Assembly (NCBI GenBank): GCA_965112735.1
Contig: OZ218961.1
Location: forward strand, 2,666,001-2,730,000
Direction: 5' to 3'
DNA: 64,000 nucleotides
Source of the DNA: Phaeosaccion multiseriatum
Taxonomy: Eukaryota > Protista > Ochrophyta, other classes
Shown: positions 10,901 through 24,157 of the stretch, piece after piece
Layout: each line of letters starts with the position of its first letter
How positions within the stretch are numbered: the first letter of the stretch is position 1
Notes under the pieces: generated by a model
Seen by the model: only the letters and a program-made list of their open reading frames with translations
What the model was told of the DNA's origin: nothing
Database searches by the model: none
Position numbers and translations under genes: made by a program

Positions 10901-11662
10901 CCTCTCTCCAGCCATACCACCCTCCGCGACGACAACCTTGCCGCCCTCCACCACCGGAGCGTCTTCGTTCGGAGGAGGCATGATACCACTTCCGGTACTT
11001 CCAGTGGCGCTGCTAGTGCTGTGGTAGCTGGAGAAGTTGGACACCGCAGACACCGTGTGACCGTGCCCCCCTCCTCCTCCCACCGCTCCTGCTCCTGCTG
11101 CTGCTCCTCCTGCCGCGGTTGGTGACGACATGTTGGGAGGAGAAGACGCGGTGGTCAGCCTCTGCACAAAGGCCGAGGCATCCTCGACGCTGAAGCTCTG
11201 CGACGCCATGTGCCGCAGCTGCTTGTCGTTGAGCTGCCCTGACCGCCGCAGTCGACGCACGTAAGGGGACATGTGTTCCACACTGAGCTGCTGTACTGCC
11301 TCCCCCGAAGACGCGGCCTGCTCAATGCACTTCTTTAGCTCCTCCATGGCAGCCTCATTGGAGCGGTTCGTGGATCGGAGCAGCTCCAGCAGGGGCGTGT
11401 TGCTATTCAGAGTGGCGGAGGAGCCCAAGTCTGCGGCGGCATCGTCATTATCTTGCTTCATTTTCCGAAGGAGCGCATCCACCTCATCCGGTACGCAGTC
11501 ATCCCCCTCCTTCCCTTCCGTTCCCTGCTCCCGCTCGTCGTCCTCATCTCCGGCCCGTTCTGGCTGCTCCCTGTCTCCGATCAGCCCTTCCCCCGTCGCT
11601 CGAGCTCCAGTCCCAATGTCAGGCAGAACTGAGCTATCCTCGTACCTTTCTACCGCCGCCAT
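7994..11662 (-). CDS. Protein phosphatase 2C (PPM) with two N-terminal FHA-like domains; exons 11662-10254 and 9854-7994, ~1089 aa (an additional upstream exon is possible)
   Basis: FHA motifs GAKIGRS...EHASI...DKGQSYG and GATVGRA...ADR|ELSRKHS...DVGSTNGT; the splice joins the SRKH motif in frame. PP2C motifs RRTMED, VYDGHGG, CGSTA, NVGDSR, DHKP, LAVSRAFGD, LACDGLFD, DNVT. Confidence 0.9.
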
Positions 11663-12604
11663 GCTGAATACACTACAAAATATCGGCCGTCTCTGCCCTC
11701 CTTACCCTCCCCGGTCAGCCCCTCCAATAACACTACTTGACCACTTGTTCCCTCCTTCCCTCCCCCAAGCTCCGTTCGATGTTACGGCTGCTGCTCCTCC
11801 TCGTTCTCCAGGCGATGCTCCTGGCACGGTTTCCCCAACCCCCCTTCTCTTATGGCATCGAGACAACGGGCGTCTCCATGTCATCAGTCATCGCGAGGGT
11901 ACCTTTTGAAACAGCGGGAATGGGAATGGTAGGGAAGAAGGATTAGGATGAGCCAACAAACACACACAAAACAAATTAGGCTGTAGCGTAGGTGACGGGA
12001 GCGAACAAGGAAGAAGAGTACACTCCAATAACGAGAGGTTATCTCGGAGGGGGGTGGAGAAGAGAACACGCGGAAAGGGAGGACCGACTGGATTCTGGAT
12101 TTTTCCCGTTTCCTTCACTCCACTTCCCTCGCCTCTGCTGCTGCAGCCGCGGCACTGAGCACAACCTTCCTATTTCCTGCTGTTGGTGATGGGCACAGCT
12201 GGGGACTCCTGCTCGCCCCCCCTCTCCACAGTTGCTCATGACTCCCGCTCCCTTCTCGGCTGGTGAGCCTATTCTCCCTCCCATCCCACGCCAGAATAGG
12301 CGTCCGCTGTCACGAACCTGCCAGAAGAGGAGATCACCACCTACAACCTTTGACGCTCCGCGGCAAGCTCCCTTAAATCTCTGCTGCCTCCCTCGTTCGG
12401 TCGTCCTTCTTTCCCTTTTTGGTCACAGTCCAAGCTTAATTCCCCGGGGGTTACGTCCGGCGGTTAAGTCAAAGTTTGATCCAAAAGCACCCAAGAGAGG
12501 TGAGGCGAAGGCACCTCAGGCGGAGCTCACCATGCGGTTAGTGGCCTAAGCGAAGAGGAGGAGCTAGTGCGTGTGTAGCTGTAAGCGTTGATTCGAAGCT
12601 GAAG

Positions 12605-15600
12605 ATGGAGGATGCCTTGGTTGGAGTGCAAGCCGCGCTGGGCGTGCTGGACAAGATTATCTTTGCAGAGAAGGGGAAGAGCACGAAGCTGGCCACTGAG
12701 TATCCCTCCCTGGACGGGGACCATACGGATAGCTCTGGGTGGGTCAATATTCAAGACACAGTGAAAAGGGTAAGAGGAAAGGGAGAAAAGGATCCTTCTC
12801 GCTCCCCTCTCTCACCGACACACGGACTGCTGGACGTCCACGCACTCACTCCCGCTCACTCCCTCTCCCTCTCTGGTACATTCACTCACATCCACTCGCC
12901 CTCTCCTCTCGCTCTCGCTCTGAGGGTAAGAGAAAAGGGAAGAAGGCTGTCTCTCTTTCTCGCTCCCCTCCCTTCTCCCTCTGTGGTGCACTCAGTCCTC
13001 TTCCCCCCCGCTCTTCTCGCTCTGTGGTGGACTCGCCCCCCCCCCCCCCTCAAGGCTTTCGAGGCTACTTCGCAGCTCGCCAGCGCTCAGAGCGTGGCTC
13101 TAACGGAGATGCACAGAACGCTGACCGATCTAAGGACAGAGCTGGACCACTTCAAGCACAACAAGGCGGCAGAGACCACCAAAGCAGCAGAATGCCAGGT
13201 GGCCAGTACACAGGCCGCCGTTCTCTCGGATATGCACCAGAGTATCGCGCATGTGAAGAAGGAGATTAGTCAGCTCAAGCGCAGCAAGCCTGTGGCAGGC
13301 GGCGGTCACGCAGGAGGGCAGGCAGAGGAGGCGTCCCCTGGTCTCGAGCGCGGATCAGCTGCGGTCGAGAGCGTGAGACACGCCAAGTCCCTCAGCGAGG
13401 CTATGGCGACAAAGCCTGACCTTCAGGATGATGTCGCAATGGCCGCAGAGGCACCCCTGGCTGCCGAGAACGTGAGCACTGCCGGAGATATATCACCAAC
13501 TGGCCATGAAAGCAGCAGAGGTAGTGGCGAGGTTGAGATCCGATACGCCGCAGCGGCAGCAGCCTCGGCCGCCACAGCCGCAACGGCAGCAGCTAATTCA
13601 GCCGCCACAGCGGCTTCCGCGGCATCAGCCGCTGCCATCAGCCGAGGAGAGGATGCGACGCGGGGCTTGTCGAAAGAGCTGGACAGTATCAAGCTTCAGC
13701 TCGCCAAGCTGGACAGCATCAAGCTTCAGCTCGCCAAGCTGGACAGCATCGAGCTTAAGGTGGCCAAGTGCGCCCTGCTCAGTGACCTCAACCCCCTCGC
13801 GCTGCGGGCGGAGGTGGCAACAAGGGGAGAGGTAGCGGACATTGAAGCGCGAATGAGTCGGAAGGTCGAGACTGAGGCGCTCACTGCCCTCCTCGGGAGG
13901 AAAGTCGCTTGGGATGACCTTGAACCTCTCATGGTAAGAAGGGTGGTAGGGGCTAAGGATGTCGATGGAGTAGAAGGGTCCATCTGCTGTTGGTGCTGTA
14001 CCGACACATTTTGGAGGAGGGCTTCGTTTGTTACACCCCTTGTTGATTTGATGTCCGTCTCCCTCTCTCTCTCTGTGTGTGTGTATGTGTATCTGCCTCT
14101 GTGTCTCTCTGCCTCCATCTTCGTACCCATCTCCCTCTCTCCATGCTCCAGCTGGGCAAGGTCGACGCGGCGGTACTCACCACCCTCGAGAACAACAAGG
14201 CCGACCGAGCAGATGTGGACGAGCTCGAGAGAGAGGTCGGAGCGGCGCTGACTCTGGAGGAAGCTCGTGTCCTGATCAAGCAGGAGACAGGGCCTCTGGT
14301 AGATCTCATTCCCATGGTCAAGGCCCTATCCGAGACCAACAACTACAACAACTACAACAACAACAAGTACAAGGAGCAGGAGGAGGAGGTAGGAGGGATC
14401 GGTAGTAGTAGTAGTAGCAGGAGGAGGAGGAGAGCAGAGGATACTCTGAGGACCGGCAGCGGCAGTGTGACATGGTCGCGTAGTAGGGGTGGTGGAGGTA
14501 GAGCATCGTGTGGTGGGCCGGAAGAGAAGGAGTGCTGGAGGGAGGAAGATGGGGAGGAGGCGGAGGAGGGCCGGGGTCGAGACGGCGCCAGCGAAGGGAT
14601 GGAGCAGCAGCAGCAGCAGCACCAGCAGCAGCAACAGAACCATGCCGCACCCCCAAAGCGAGCGCCGACAGGGAGGGAGGGGGTGTCTGGGGAGGAGCAG
14701 GAGGAGGGACGGTGGGGGAGTCCAGCAGCACGTAGCATCAGCAGCAGCAAGGCCGGTAGTGAAGGGCAACGGCGGCTGCGGCGGCGGCCCAGGAGCAGCA
14801 GCAGACACGATCAATACCATGATAGTGATGATGATGATGATGATGATGATGACGCTGATGATGGTGATAGTCCACGTGGCAGTCGCCGCCCAGAGACGCC
14901 CATGGAAGCGGTGGTGGAGGAGGTGGTTCGGCGGCAGTTGAAGCGGTTACGGTCGTCGCTTCAGCAGGGGGGGGATGAGAGGCACAAGGGAGGGGGAAGG
15001 GGCAGAAGTGGAGACTACGGTTTCTCGCCCGCCATGTTGAAGCAGGCGTTGTCGGCGCATCGCGAGGGAATGATGCGCGCTGTTGAGGTACAGCTGGCGA
15101 GAAGCAAGGGCGACAACATGGAGGCATGCACAGGTCTGGCAGATGTTCTCAGGGAGGATGTGGGGAGGGGCCTGGCGAGGGCCGCGGGGCAGGTGGAGGC
15201 GTTACGGCAAGACCTGCAGCAGACTAAGGTGGAGATGGTGGCAGTGCTCAACAAGAAGGTGAGGGGTTGGGGGAGGGGGGGTCGGAGGTTAAAGGGGTGG
15301 GCGGGGTGGGGTGAGGATCTCCTCTCCACGCACTCACACCCCGTCCTTCTCGCCCAGTCACACCCGCCCACTCACCCACCCACCCACCACTCACCCACCC
15401 ACTCACCCATTCACACACCCACCCACTCACCTACTCACACACTCATCCACTCACCCACCCACCCTCTCACCCACTCACCCACTCACCCACCCACCCACTC
15501 ACACACTCACACACTCACACACTCATACACAAACGTTTTCCTGAACACAAAAGGCCTACCGCATCGATGTAGCCCAGAGCCTCAAGCGCAAAGTCGATAC

Positions 15601-17599
15601 TTCCACTCTCTCGGAGGTGGAGGCACGGCTCCTCACAGTGGACAAGGTGGCGGCAGAGGGGGCCTTCGACAGGGGCCTGCTGAGGGAGGAGTTGGCGAGG
15701 TGTTTGCATTTGCAGTGTGCCACGGCGGCCGAGTTGAGCAGCACCAGGACGGATCTAAGGAGCGATCTTGGCCGGTTGGGGGATAGAATTAGAGCCAAGG
15801 CGGATTCCGAGCAGGTATGGGAGGGGAGGGAGGGACGGAGGGAGGAGGGAGGGAGGGAGGGAGGGAGGGAGGGAGGGAGGGAGGGAGAAGGAGAGATAGG
15901 AGAGAGCCCATACAAAGTAGAAACCAATCAACCAACCACCCAACTGACCAACCGACCACCCAACCATCCACCCATCCACTCACCCACCCTCCCATCCACC
16001 CACCCACCCACCCAACCAACCAGCCAGCCAGCCAACGAACCAACCAACCAACCAACCAACCGTCCACCCACCCACGCTCTCACTCACTCACCCACCCACG
16101 CACCCTAACCCACCACCCCACCCAAACGAACGAACGACCAACAGGTGCAGAACCTGTCCAACACGGTCTCTTTCGAGGCCAAAGAGGCCACTCTCAGCCT
16201 CAAGAAGGGCCTCTCTCAAGTTGCCGATCGGGAGGAGATGAAACGGCTGGTCAAGGAGGAAGTGCGTAAGGGGAGAGCGGAGCTGCAGCACAAGTTCGGA
16301 GCAGCAGAGATGGAGAGGATCGCCAGGCAGGTTAGTGGGTGTGAGTGGGTGTGAGTTGGGGGGGGGGGGGCATGTGGATGTGTGTGTGTGGGGGGGGGGT
16401 GGATGTGGGCTGGTGTGGGTATGGGTGTGTGTGGGTGTGCGTGTGTGAGAGAGAATTGCACATACAGAGAGCGAGCGAGGGAGGGAGGGAGGGAGGAGAA
16501 AGTGGGATAAAAGCCGTGGTTGTTCTTACGTGCTGCTCAATGCGGTGTATTACGTATTCCAGGTTGCACTGAGGGAGATACACCGGGGAGGAGGAGGAGG
16601 TATGGGAGATCAGAGCAGCTCCCCATCGTCAGCAGCATCAGCAGCACGAGGAGAGGGAGGAGGAGGTGGTGGTGGTGGCGGCGTGGAGAAGAGGCTGAGC
16701 ATCAAAGTGGCGGCGCTGGAGACGAGTCTCCGAGAGAAGCTCCGAGAGAGCGTGGACGGCCTCTCCACACGCCTGTTGGGGCTGCAGCAGGACCTCGAGG
16801 GGAAGGCGAAGGAGGCCATGGCGGAGGGGGCACATGTTGCACACGTTGAGAGGAGACTCGACTCGGAAATGGCCATGCTCACCAAGCAAGTGGCCTCCTG
16901 TGCGAGCACCGGCAGGTAAGGAAGGGCGGGGTAAGGTGTAAGCTTCAGTTTGTTCCATAGTCCTTTTTTGTATATGTCTGTCTGTCTATCTATCTGTCTG
17001 TCTGTCTGTCTGTCTGTCTGTGTGTCTGTCTATCTGTCTGTCTGCGACTTGTTCCACCCCTGGGAGCTCTTCATTCCTTTACTTTAACAGCGCTTGCCCT
17101 GGGGGAGCTGTCTTTAGCTACGTTGCTGTCTAAATACTCACTGACTTCACACTAAATCATTGACTTACGCGGTACCACAGGTGGCTGTGGAGGAGCGGGC
17201 ACTTGTCCCCGGGGGGTTTGGTGCCGTGGGAGGTACAGGTATGTTGTTTCACATCGACTATCGATACAATATCGTATTGATCGAATCGAATCTCGAGGAG
17301 GGGTCAGTCATACTCAAACTCACACTCCAACTCCAACTCAACCAGGTGACCAACGCCGCCCCCGACTGCCTGCTGTGGGAGCGATCGTCGCCAAGTGTGA
17401 CGTCGGTGGTGCCCGGTCTTTACCTTCTCAGTGTGGGCTTCTTTACGCTCGTGCCGGTGCGTGTGTGTGTGCGTGTGTGCGTTCGTGTGTCGTGTGTGTG
17501 CGTGCGTGCATGGATCGGAATGGGCTGCTCCTCCTGCTCCTCCTGCTCCTCCTGCTACTATTATTGCTGCTCCTCCTCTTCCCCCTCCACTGTTACTCT

Positions 17600-17646
<47 letters not shown>

Positions 17647-18811
17647 CGCCTACTACGTCTCCTCGTACTCCTCCTCCTGCTGCTGTCCTTCCCGAGGAGC
17701 ATCCCAACGGCCCGTCTCTTGTTTCTCTCCCCCCCCCCTCTCTCTCTCACACACACCAACCCCCCGACTGACCAGCCGCGGTTCCTCCTCTGACTCACTC
17801 GTCTCTTTCCTCCTCACCCCACGACCAACCAACCAACCAACCAACCAACAAACCAACCCCTTCCATACCACCAACTCCCTTACATGCCATAGGTAACCAT
17901 CCGCGTTGCGGTCAATGGAGAGCCAGTCTTCTGCATGCAGCCCTTACTCGGCGACGGGGGGGTGGGGCGAGGGAGTGGAGGGAGTGAAACGGCGAGTAAC
18001 GGTAACGGTTACGTCCCCGGAGGTGGCTCCGACATCGCCGGGGGAGGCAGCGCTCCTCTACCGTCTCGCAGGTGCGTAGCGTGTGAGGTAGAGTGTGGGT
18101 ATCTGATGTTGGTCTTGTTTTGCTTGCCTCTCGTGCATCTCTCGGAAGAAAGACTCTCGTGTCCCCATATTCCTGCCTCTAATTAATCTCCCCCCCCCCC
18201 TCCCCGCCCCCACCTCTCCCTTTCTCCTGCTATGTGCGCCTCTCTCTCCTCTCTCTCTCTCTCTCTCCCTCTCCTCTCTCTGTCTCTCTCCTCTCTCTCC
18301 TCTCTCCCCCTCTCTCCTCTCTCCCCTCTCTCCCCTCTTCCCTCCGTCTCTCGCTCTCTCCGCTCTGTCCTGTCGTGCCCCCCCCGACGTTACCTTCTCC
18401 GCAACAATCATCCCCCCGAATCACCTTCAATCACCCATAATCCCCCAAAACGACCCACCAAATCACCCATATTCCCCCAAATGGCCCACCACAATCACCC
18501 CCCCAAATCACCCATCGACCCCCGAAACCACCCACTAAATCACGAATCGACCCCCGCCCACCATTCAACCCCGGCCTTCCAACCCCGCCCCCATATGCCT
18601 ACAAATCCGTCCATGATATGCCTCCATATGCATACACATACACATGTGCAGCGCCTATACAGTCCACCGACTGCGCCACAGCAAGGGTGATGTCACAAGC
18701 ATGAAACTGCTCGAATACGTTGCCCTTCCCGCCAACGCTGTCCTCAGCGTCGCTTTGGACGGCACTAAGGATCTCCGCGTGCAGGGCTTTCTGAGTCTTC
18801 AAAAGTTGTAA
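12605..18811 (+). CDS. Multi-exon coiled-coil protein with a C-terminal C1q/TNF-like beta domain. Approximate exons: 12605-12769, 13055-13933, 14152-15258, 15554-15813, 16145-16330, 16563-16916, 17181-17238, 17346-17456, 17893-18071, 18652-18811
   Basis: Heptad-rich exons with GT-AG boundaries. The spliced C-terminus reads GRWLWRSG..VPWEVQVTNAAPDCLLWE..PGLYLLSVGFF..VNGEPV..EYVALPANAVLSV..QGFLSLQKL*, a pattern I recall from protist C1q-like proteins. The domain name is an inference. Confidence 0.65.
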
Positions 18812-19621
18812 TCCTTTTGATCCTGTGATTGATTGTCTTGGATAAAGCTGTGATGAGCCTCCTGTCACAGCTTCTTGACTTCAAAAGCTTTGATCTTGCG
18901 GTGGCGCTGCAATGGCTTTGGGTGAGCAAGTTTGTTGCGTTTGGCCTTGCTCCAAAAGCCGTGACGATGTGGGCTCATTTTTAATCAGGTTCATTCATCT
19001 TAAAGTTTAGACCCTCCAACACACTTCTTTATTCCTCGCCTTTTCTTAACTGTAAATACCACTGTCCTGGTCATGTGTTCTACGAGGAGTGGGCGAAGTG
19101 CGAAGAGGGAGTACAGCAGTTGGTGGTACAGCAACAGCAGCAGAACAGTGAAGAAGAGTGAAGGCTGAGAAACGTACTTCAACACACAATTCGATTCCGT
19201 TCTACTTGGTAAGGTTCTGTCAAGTACCATCCGTCTCCGTCTCCAGCTGCTGCTGTTGCTACTGCTGTTTCGCTGTATCACCAACTGCTGCTGCTGTATG
19301 GCTGTATCGTCAAATGCGTACCACCAACTGCTGCTGCTGCTCGTTCATTCCCTTCTCCTGCCCTCGCTGCGTATAGAACACATTCGTGCTCCCCAGCCAC
19401 CCAGCAATGATCGTGGGGGGTGTGTGTGAGGTCTTGCCACAAAGAAAGCTTGCGCCCAAGTTCACGCTTCAGGGTCAACCCTCTTCGTGTTGGCCTGCTG
19501 GTGGTGTATCGTGTTGGCCTGCTGGTGGTGTATCGAACGTCTCCATGCACCGTTCATCAGCCCCAAAGCGCTCTGATCGCTCTCATCTGATTTCAAGGAC
19601 GACTTCCCTCCTCGTTCTCTC

Positions 19622-20710
19622 TCATGCCGCCTCTTCCTCTCCCCCCTTCTGGTCCCCTCCGTCGTCTGCTGCTGCTACTGCTGCTGCCCCTTCCTCCTTG
19701 GCCTTCTTTCCCTCCTTCCTCGCCTCTCTCTTCGCTTTGGCCGCTGCCTTCTTTTCTTCCTTGGTGAGCTTCTTCTCGAACAAGGGCTCCACCTCCACAG
19801 CGGGGATGGCAGCAGATGCCCCTCCTCCTCCAGCCCCTCCGCCCCCCCCCCCGTCCATCCTCGGTCGAGAGGATGGTGGATCGCTACCCAGAGCAAAACT
19901 ATGGCAAGAGACGGAGGACAGACGGAGAGAAATGGAGAGGGTGGTCACCGGCACAAGCATCGATCGTGTCATAGTCTTGGCATGTGAGCGGCCCACGGAC
20001 GGCGAGCATCCTCTCATGTAAACAAAGACTGCTCTCCTCTCCGAGCTTCTCCGAGCTACTCCAAGGAGGGAGGTATGGCATATTGCCTTGATGAGACGAT
20101 GATGGACAACCTCACTTCCTTCTCTCCTCCTCCTCCTCCTCCTCCTCCTCCTCCTCCTCCTCCTCCTCCTCCTCCTCCTCCTCTCCCCTCCAGTGTCTCG
20201 AATCAATCGCTCCCTACGCTCACCTCGGCGGGACGACTGCTGCGATGCCCTCTGCTCCGCCGCTCCAACTAAGCATGGCAGAGTCACAAAGCATGCCTGA
20301 CGGGCGGAGGGGTTGGGGCGACGACGGGGACGAGGGGCAATGTGTGGAGTGTGAGGTGGGGGGGGGGGGGGTGGGGGTAGTGAGACGCGGTGGGGAGACA
20401 GAAGGTGGACTTATGAGAAGGCATTAGAGCATTACAGTAGCATCGTAGCAGGCCAGCTTGAGTGTGGGTAGCGTCGCATGTGAGGCAGAAACCATCTCCA
20501 TCATCTACACTGAGCCTGCACAACTGACCTTCGCTGACGACACCGCCCACAGACGCCTTTTTCACCTTCTCCCCCGACTTGAGCTCTGTGCCGACCGTCG
20601 CCACGATACACCTCACTCCCTCGAGCGCGTTCTTCGCATTCGAGACTATGGTCAAAGTATCCGCGGCTTCGTCCTCGCTCACCCTATGAACGGGCAAAAG
20701 TATCCCCCGC

Positions 20711-20743
<33 letters not shown>

Positions 20744-20764
20744 GGAGAGGGAGAGAGAGAAGAA

Positions 20765-20802
<38 letters not shown>

Positions 20803-20958
20803 CACAAGAAACAAGGAAAAAAGGAAGAAAGAAGAAGAATTGAGGGTTGGGGATCGGGAGTGACCTCTTTCGCTGTCTCACCTCACTCTAATCTTCTTTA
20901 ACTTGTCCTTTCCCTGTACTTCGGTGCTCTCCACGATTAGACCAACGACGAAACCCAT
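19622..20958 (-). CDS. Small tRNA-binding OB-fold protein (Trbp111/Myf/PheRS-beta B2-like) with a Lys/Glu-rich tail; exons 20958-20882, 20683-20529, 20296-20224, 19898-19622
   Basis: Spliced sequence MGFVVGLIVES..DKLKKIRV..TIVSNAKN..CIVATVG..KKASVGGVVSEGMLC; SEGMLC is the family signature and the splice phases are consistent. Confidence 0.85.
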
Positions 20959-21124
20959 CGCTTTTCTAGGTATCTTTGTTGCTTGGCGGCCTGCGGCGCT
21001 TGCTTGCTTGGAAGACTCTTCATCCAAAACAATCACAAATGGGGTCCAAACAACAATGTGACTCATCCCTCGGACAAAAATATAACAAAAAACACGGCTT
21101 TCCCCCCTCCCATTGCGCCAACCA
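20959..21124. promoter_or_regulatory. Likely bidirectional promoter/5'UTR region (166 bp between divergent start codons)
   Basis: ATG at 20958 (-) and ATG at 21125 (+) face away from each other; the spacer is relatively AT-rich. Confidence 0.5.
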
Positions 21125-23421
21125 ATGAAGGGAGGAAGAGCTCTCATCGTAGGTGTGGTGGCAGCGGCTGTGAGGGGCGTCGAAGGGGCAGCAGTAGCAG
21201 TAGGAGGAGGACATGGCGTTCAACGGAGCCTCAGCGCAAGAGGAGGAGCTGCTGCGTTTGTAAGTGCCACCAGCACAACAGGCTTTGCCGCAACAAAAAG
21301 AGGTTCAAAAATACGCGCATATGGGAGAGGCCCAGCGCTGATCATGGGGTTGTTTGGGCGTGGGAAGAAGGAGGCAGGCGCTCTCGGCGCGAAGAGCACA
21401 GCAGGACAGGTAAGCATTCTACTCCTGCCATCACTGTAGTTGCTGGTGTGAACATCATGCTACTGAAATATGATGAGGGATTTTGTATCGCGGTCTGCTG
21501 GACAGTCGCTTCATACATCACCACTTCCAGACTTTACTTAATGCCCTCTTTTTCCTCAGGTGGCGGCAAAATACGCCGCGAACATTGTAGGCAAGACGGT
21601 GGTCATCACAGGCTGCAATGGAGGCATCGGCAAGGAGACGATGAAGGCACTCGTGAGGAACGGAGCCACCGTGGTAATGGGCTGCAGGAACCCCAAGTCC
21701 ATGAAGGAAGCAGCAGACGAGGTGGGTGGTGGGTGGGTGGGTGGGTGGGTGGGTGAGGGGTGCTGGGTGCGTAGGTGCGTGAGTGCGTGGGTGCGTGCAA
21801 GCGCAAGCTGTGGTACAGCTCCTCAGGCAGGATCCACACCTCTGATCTTGGACAAGGCAGGATGAGAGAGTGCTTTTCACCAGCACTGTTGGTGGCTTTC
21901 TCATTTCTCCTACCGATCGGTACAGTACCAACCCGGGAGACGGACAGGGAGGGGTGGAGAAGGAAGGCCACGAGGTGGAGGGATGCATAGATATAAGGTC
22001 TCTTGGCCGAAGATGTACGGACGTTGGCGTACATCATCCAGCCCTGTGCCGTGCAAAGGAAACGAATCAGCCTAGCGCCGTCTTGTCGCACCGTTGTTCT
22101 AATGTTACACACACGTGCACACACACACGCGCCACACACACGCGCGCGCACGCACACACACACACACTCACCGCCCACCACACGCTTGCCTCGTCGTCGC
22201 CATCTATGAAGGTGAAGGCACAGGTGCCCAATGCCGTCATTCATGAGATCGAGCTTGACCTCTCCTCTCTCGACAGCGTCCGGCACTTCGCAGAGGAGTA
22301 TCAAGCACTGGGGCTGCCCCATCTTTCCGTGCTTATCAACAATGCGGGCATCATGGCGCCGCCCTTCAGTCTCAGCAAGGACGGGTATGAAAGCCAGGTA
22401 GGTGGGTAGGTCGGTAGGTTGGTAGGTGGTTAGGTATGTAGGTAGGTGGGTCGGTGGGTGGGTGGGTAGGTAGGTAGGTAGGTAGGTAGGTAGGCAGGTA
22501 GGTTGGAGGGTTGGAGGTAGATGGGTAGCTAGGTGGGTAGGCAGCTGGGTAGGTAGGTAGGCACGTAAGTAGGTGGGTGGGCAGGCAGACAGATAGTAAG
22601 GCCCGCGTCCGTGCTGGCCCGTACGTAAGTGAGCGAACCTTGCTTTATGCGTGGAATTGAATTTGAAGACGCACGCATACTGAAAGCTACATATTACTAC
22701 GTATGTATTGGCGTGTTTTTCACATGAGCGCACGAAGTTGGGTGCCGACCTTGTCGTTGACCTGACATCCATCTAATAGACCCCAACCCATCCCCCTCCC
22801 CCCGTCCCCCCTTCCCTCCCTCCCTCTCTCCCTCCCTCCCTCCCTCCCTCCCTCCCTCCCTCCCTCCCTCCCTCCCTCCCTCCCTCCCTCCCTCCCTCCC
22901 TCCATCCCTCCCTCCCTCCCTCCCTCCCTCCCTCCCTCCCTCCTTCGCTCTCCCTGTGAAGCTCGCCACCAACCACCTAGGCCACTTCCTACTCACAAAC
23001 CTCCTGTTGCCGGAGCTGGAGAAGGCCCCCTCCACTGCCCGAGTGGTGAATTTGGCCTCAAGCGCCCACATGTTCGCCCCTCACGCAGCCAAGGGCGACA
23101 TGGACTTTGAGAGGGACTACAACTTCAAGGAGAAGGACAAGTATACAAGATGGGGAAACTACGGTGCGTGCGTGCGTGCGTGCGTGTGTGCGTGTGTGTA
23201 TGGGTATGTTCGTGATGAGCTCTATTTCTGTCTCTCTCTCACACGCTTGTCTGTCTCTCTCTCCCTCTCCCTCGCGCGCACACACACACTCACTTTCTCT
23301 CTCCTTGCTGTTGCACACCGTCCCTCCTCTCCTCCCACCCCACGACCGATTGATGGCACACACACACATACACACATATACACACATACACATACCCACC
23401 TACATTAACACACACACACGC

Positions 23422-23480
<59 letters not shown>

Positions 23481-24157
23481 CATGAGCAAAATGGCCAACA
23501 TTCACCATGCCAAAGAGCTGCAACGAAAGTTCGCGGCCGGCGACAAGAACGTGGTGGCTGTGGCCGTCCACCCCGGGGTCGTCCGAACTAATCTGTTCGG
23601 CTCTCTGCCTCCTCTCCAGGCCGTGGGCTTCGGGTTAGCTCGACCCTTCCTCAAGTCGGCGCCGCAAGGTGGGTGCAGGTGGTGTGTGGGGGTTTGCTTG
23701 AGGGCTTTGTTTTGTTTTGTTTTGTTTGTGTTTTATTTGGTTTGTTCTGCTTGCTTGTTTTGTTTTTGTCTGGTTGTTGGTTGGTTGGTTTGGTTGGACT
23801 GCTTATTCTTCACCCTTCCCTCCCTCCCTCCCTCCCTCCCTCCCTCCCTCCCTCCCTCCCTCCCTCCCTCCCAAACAATGCCAAACCCAACACCCGAACC
23901 ACCTACCCGGCCCCACCTGAACCAAACCGACTGACCGATTCCTTCCGTGCACCTGAACCAAACCGACTGACTGACTTGTTCCGTGCACAGGAGCCGCTAC
24001 CTCTGTGTACTGCGCTTTCGCTGACGATGTGGTACCTGCGGAGTACTACTCGGACTGCTCCATCACAAAAACGGCCAAGGGCGCGAGCAACGAGGAGGTG
24101 GCAAGGCAGCTGTGGACCTTCTCGGCTGAGGCTACGGCATCAGACTATCAAGCCTAG
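21125..24157 (+). CDS. Short-chain dehydrogenase/reductase, retinol-DH/WWOX/Tic32-like, possibly plastid-targeted. Approximate exons: 21125-21409, 21560-21721, 22212-22397, 22962-23163, 23480-23668, 23991-24157
   Basis: [11 protein letters not shown] Rossmann motif, [36 protein letters not shown], catalytic [14 protein letters not shown]. The hydrophobic N-terminus with an AAAF motif resembles a heterokont bipartite targeting peptide. Confidence 0.88.

Noticed and set aside
13678-13760. 30-bp tandem repeat encoding LDSIKLQLAK
   Set aside because: A small slippage duplication within a coiled coil; unremarkable.
19265-19300. tgtatcaccaactgctgctgctg recurring near 27715, 30210 and 31105
   Set aside because: Low-complexity CTG context; a chance recurrence is plausible.
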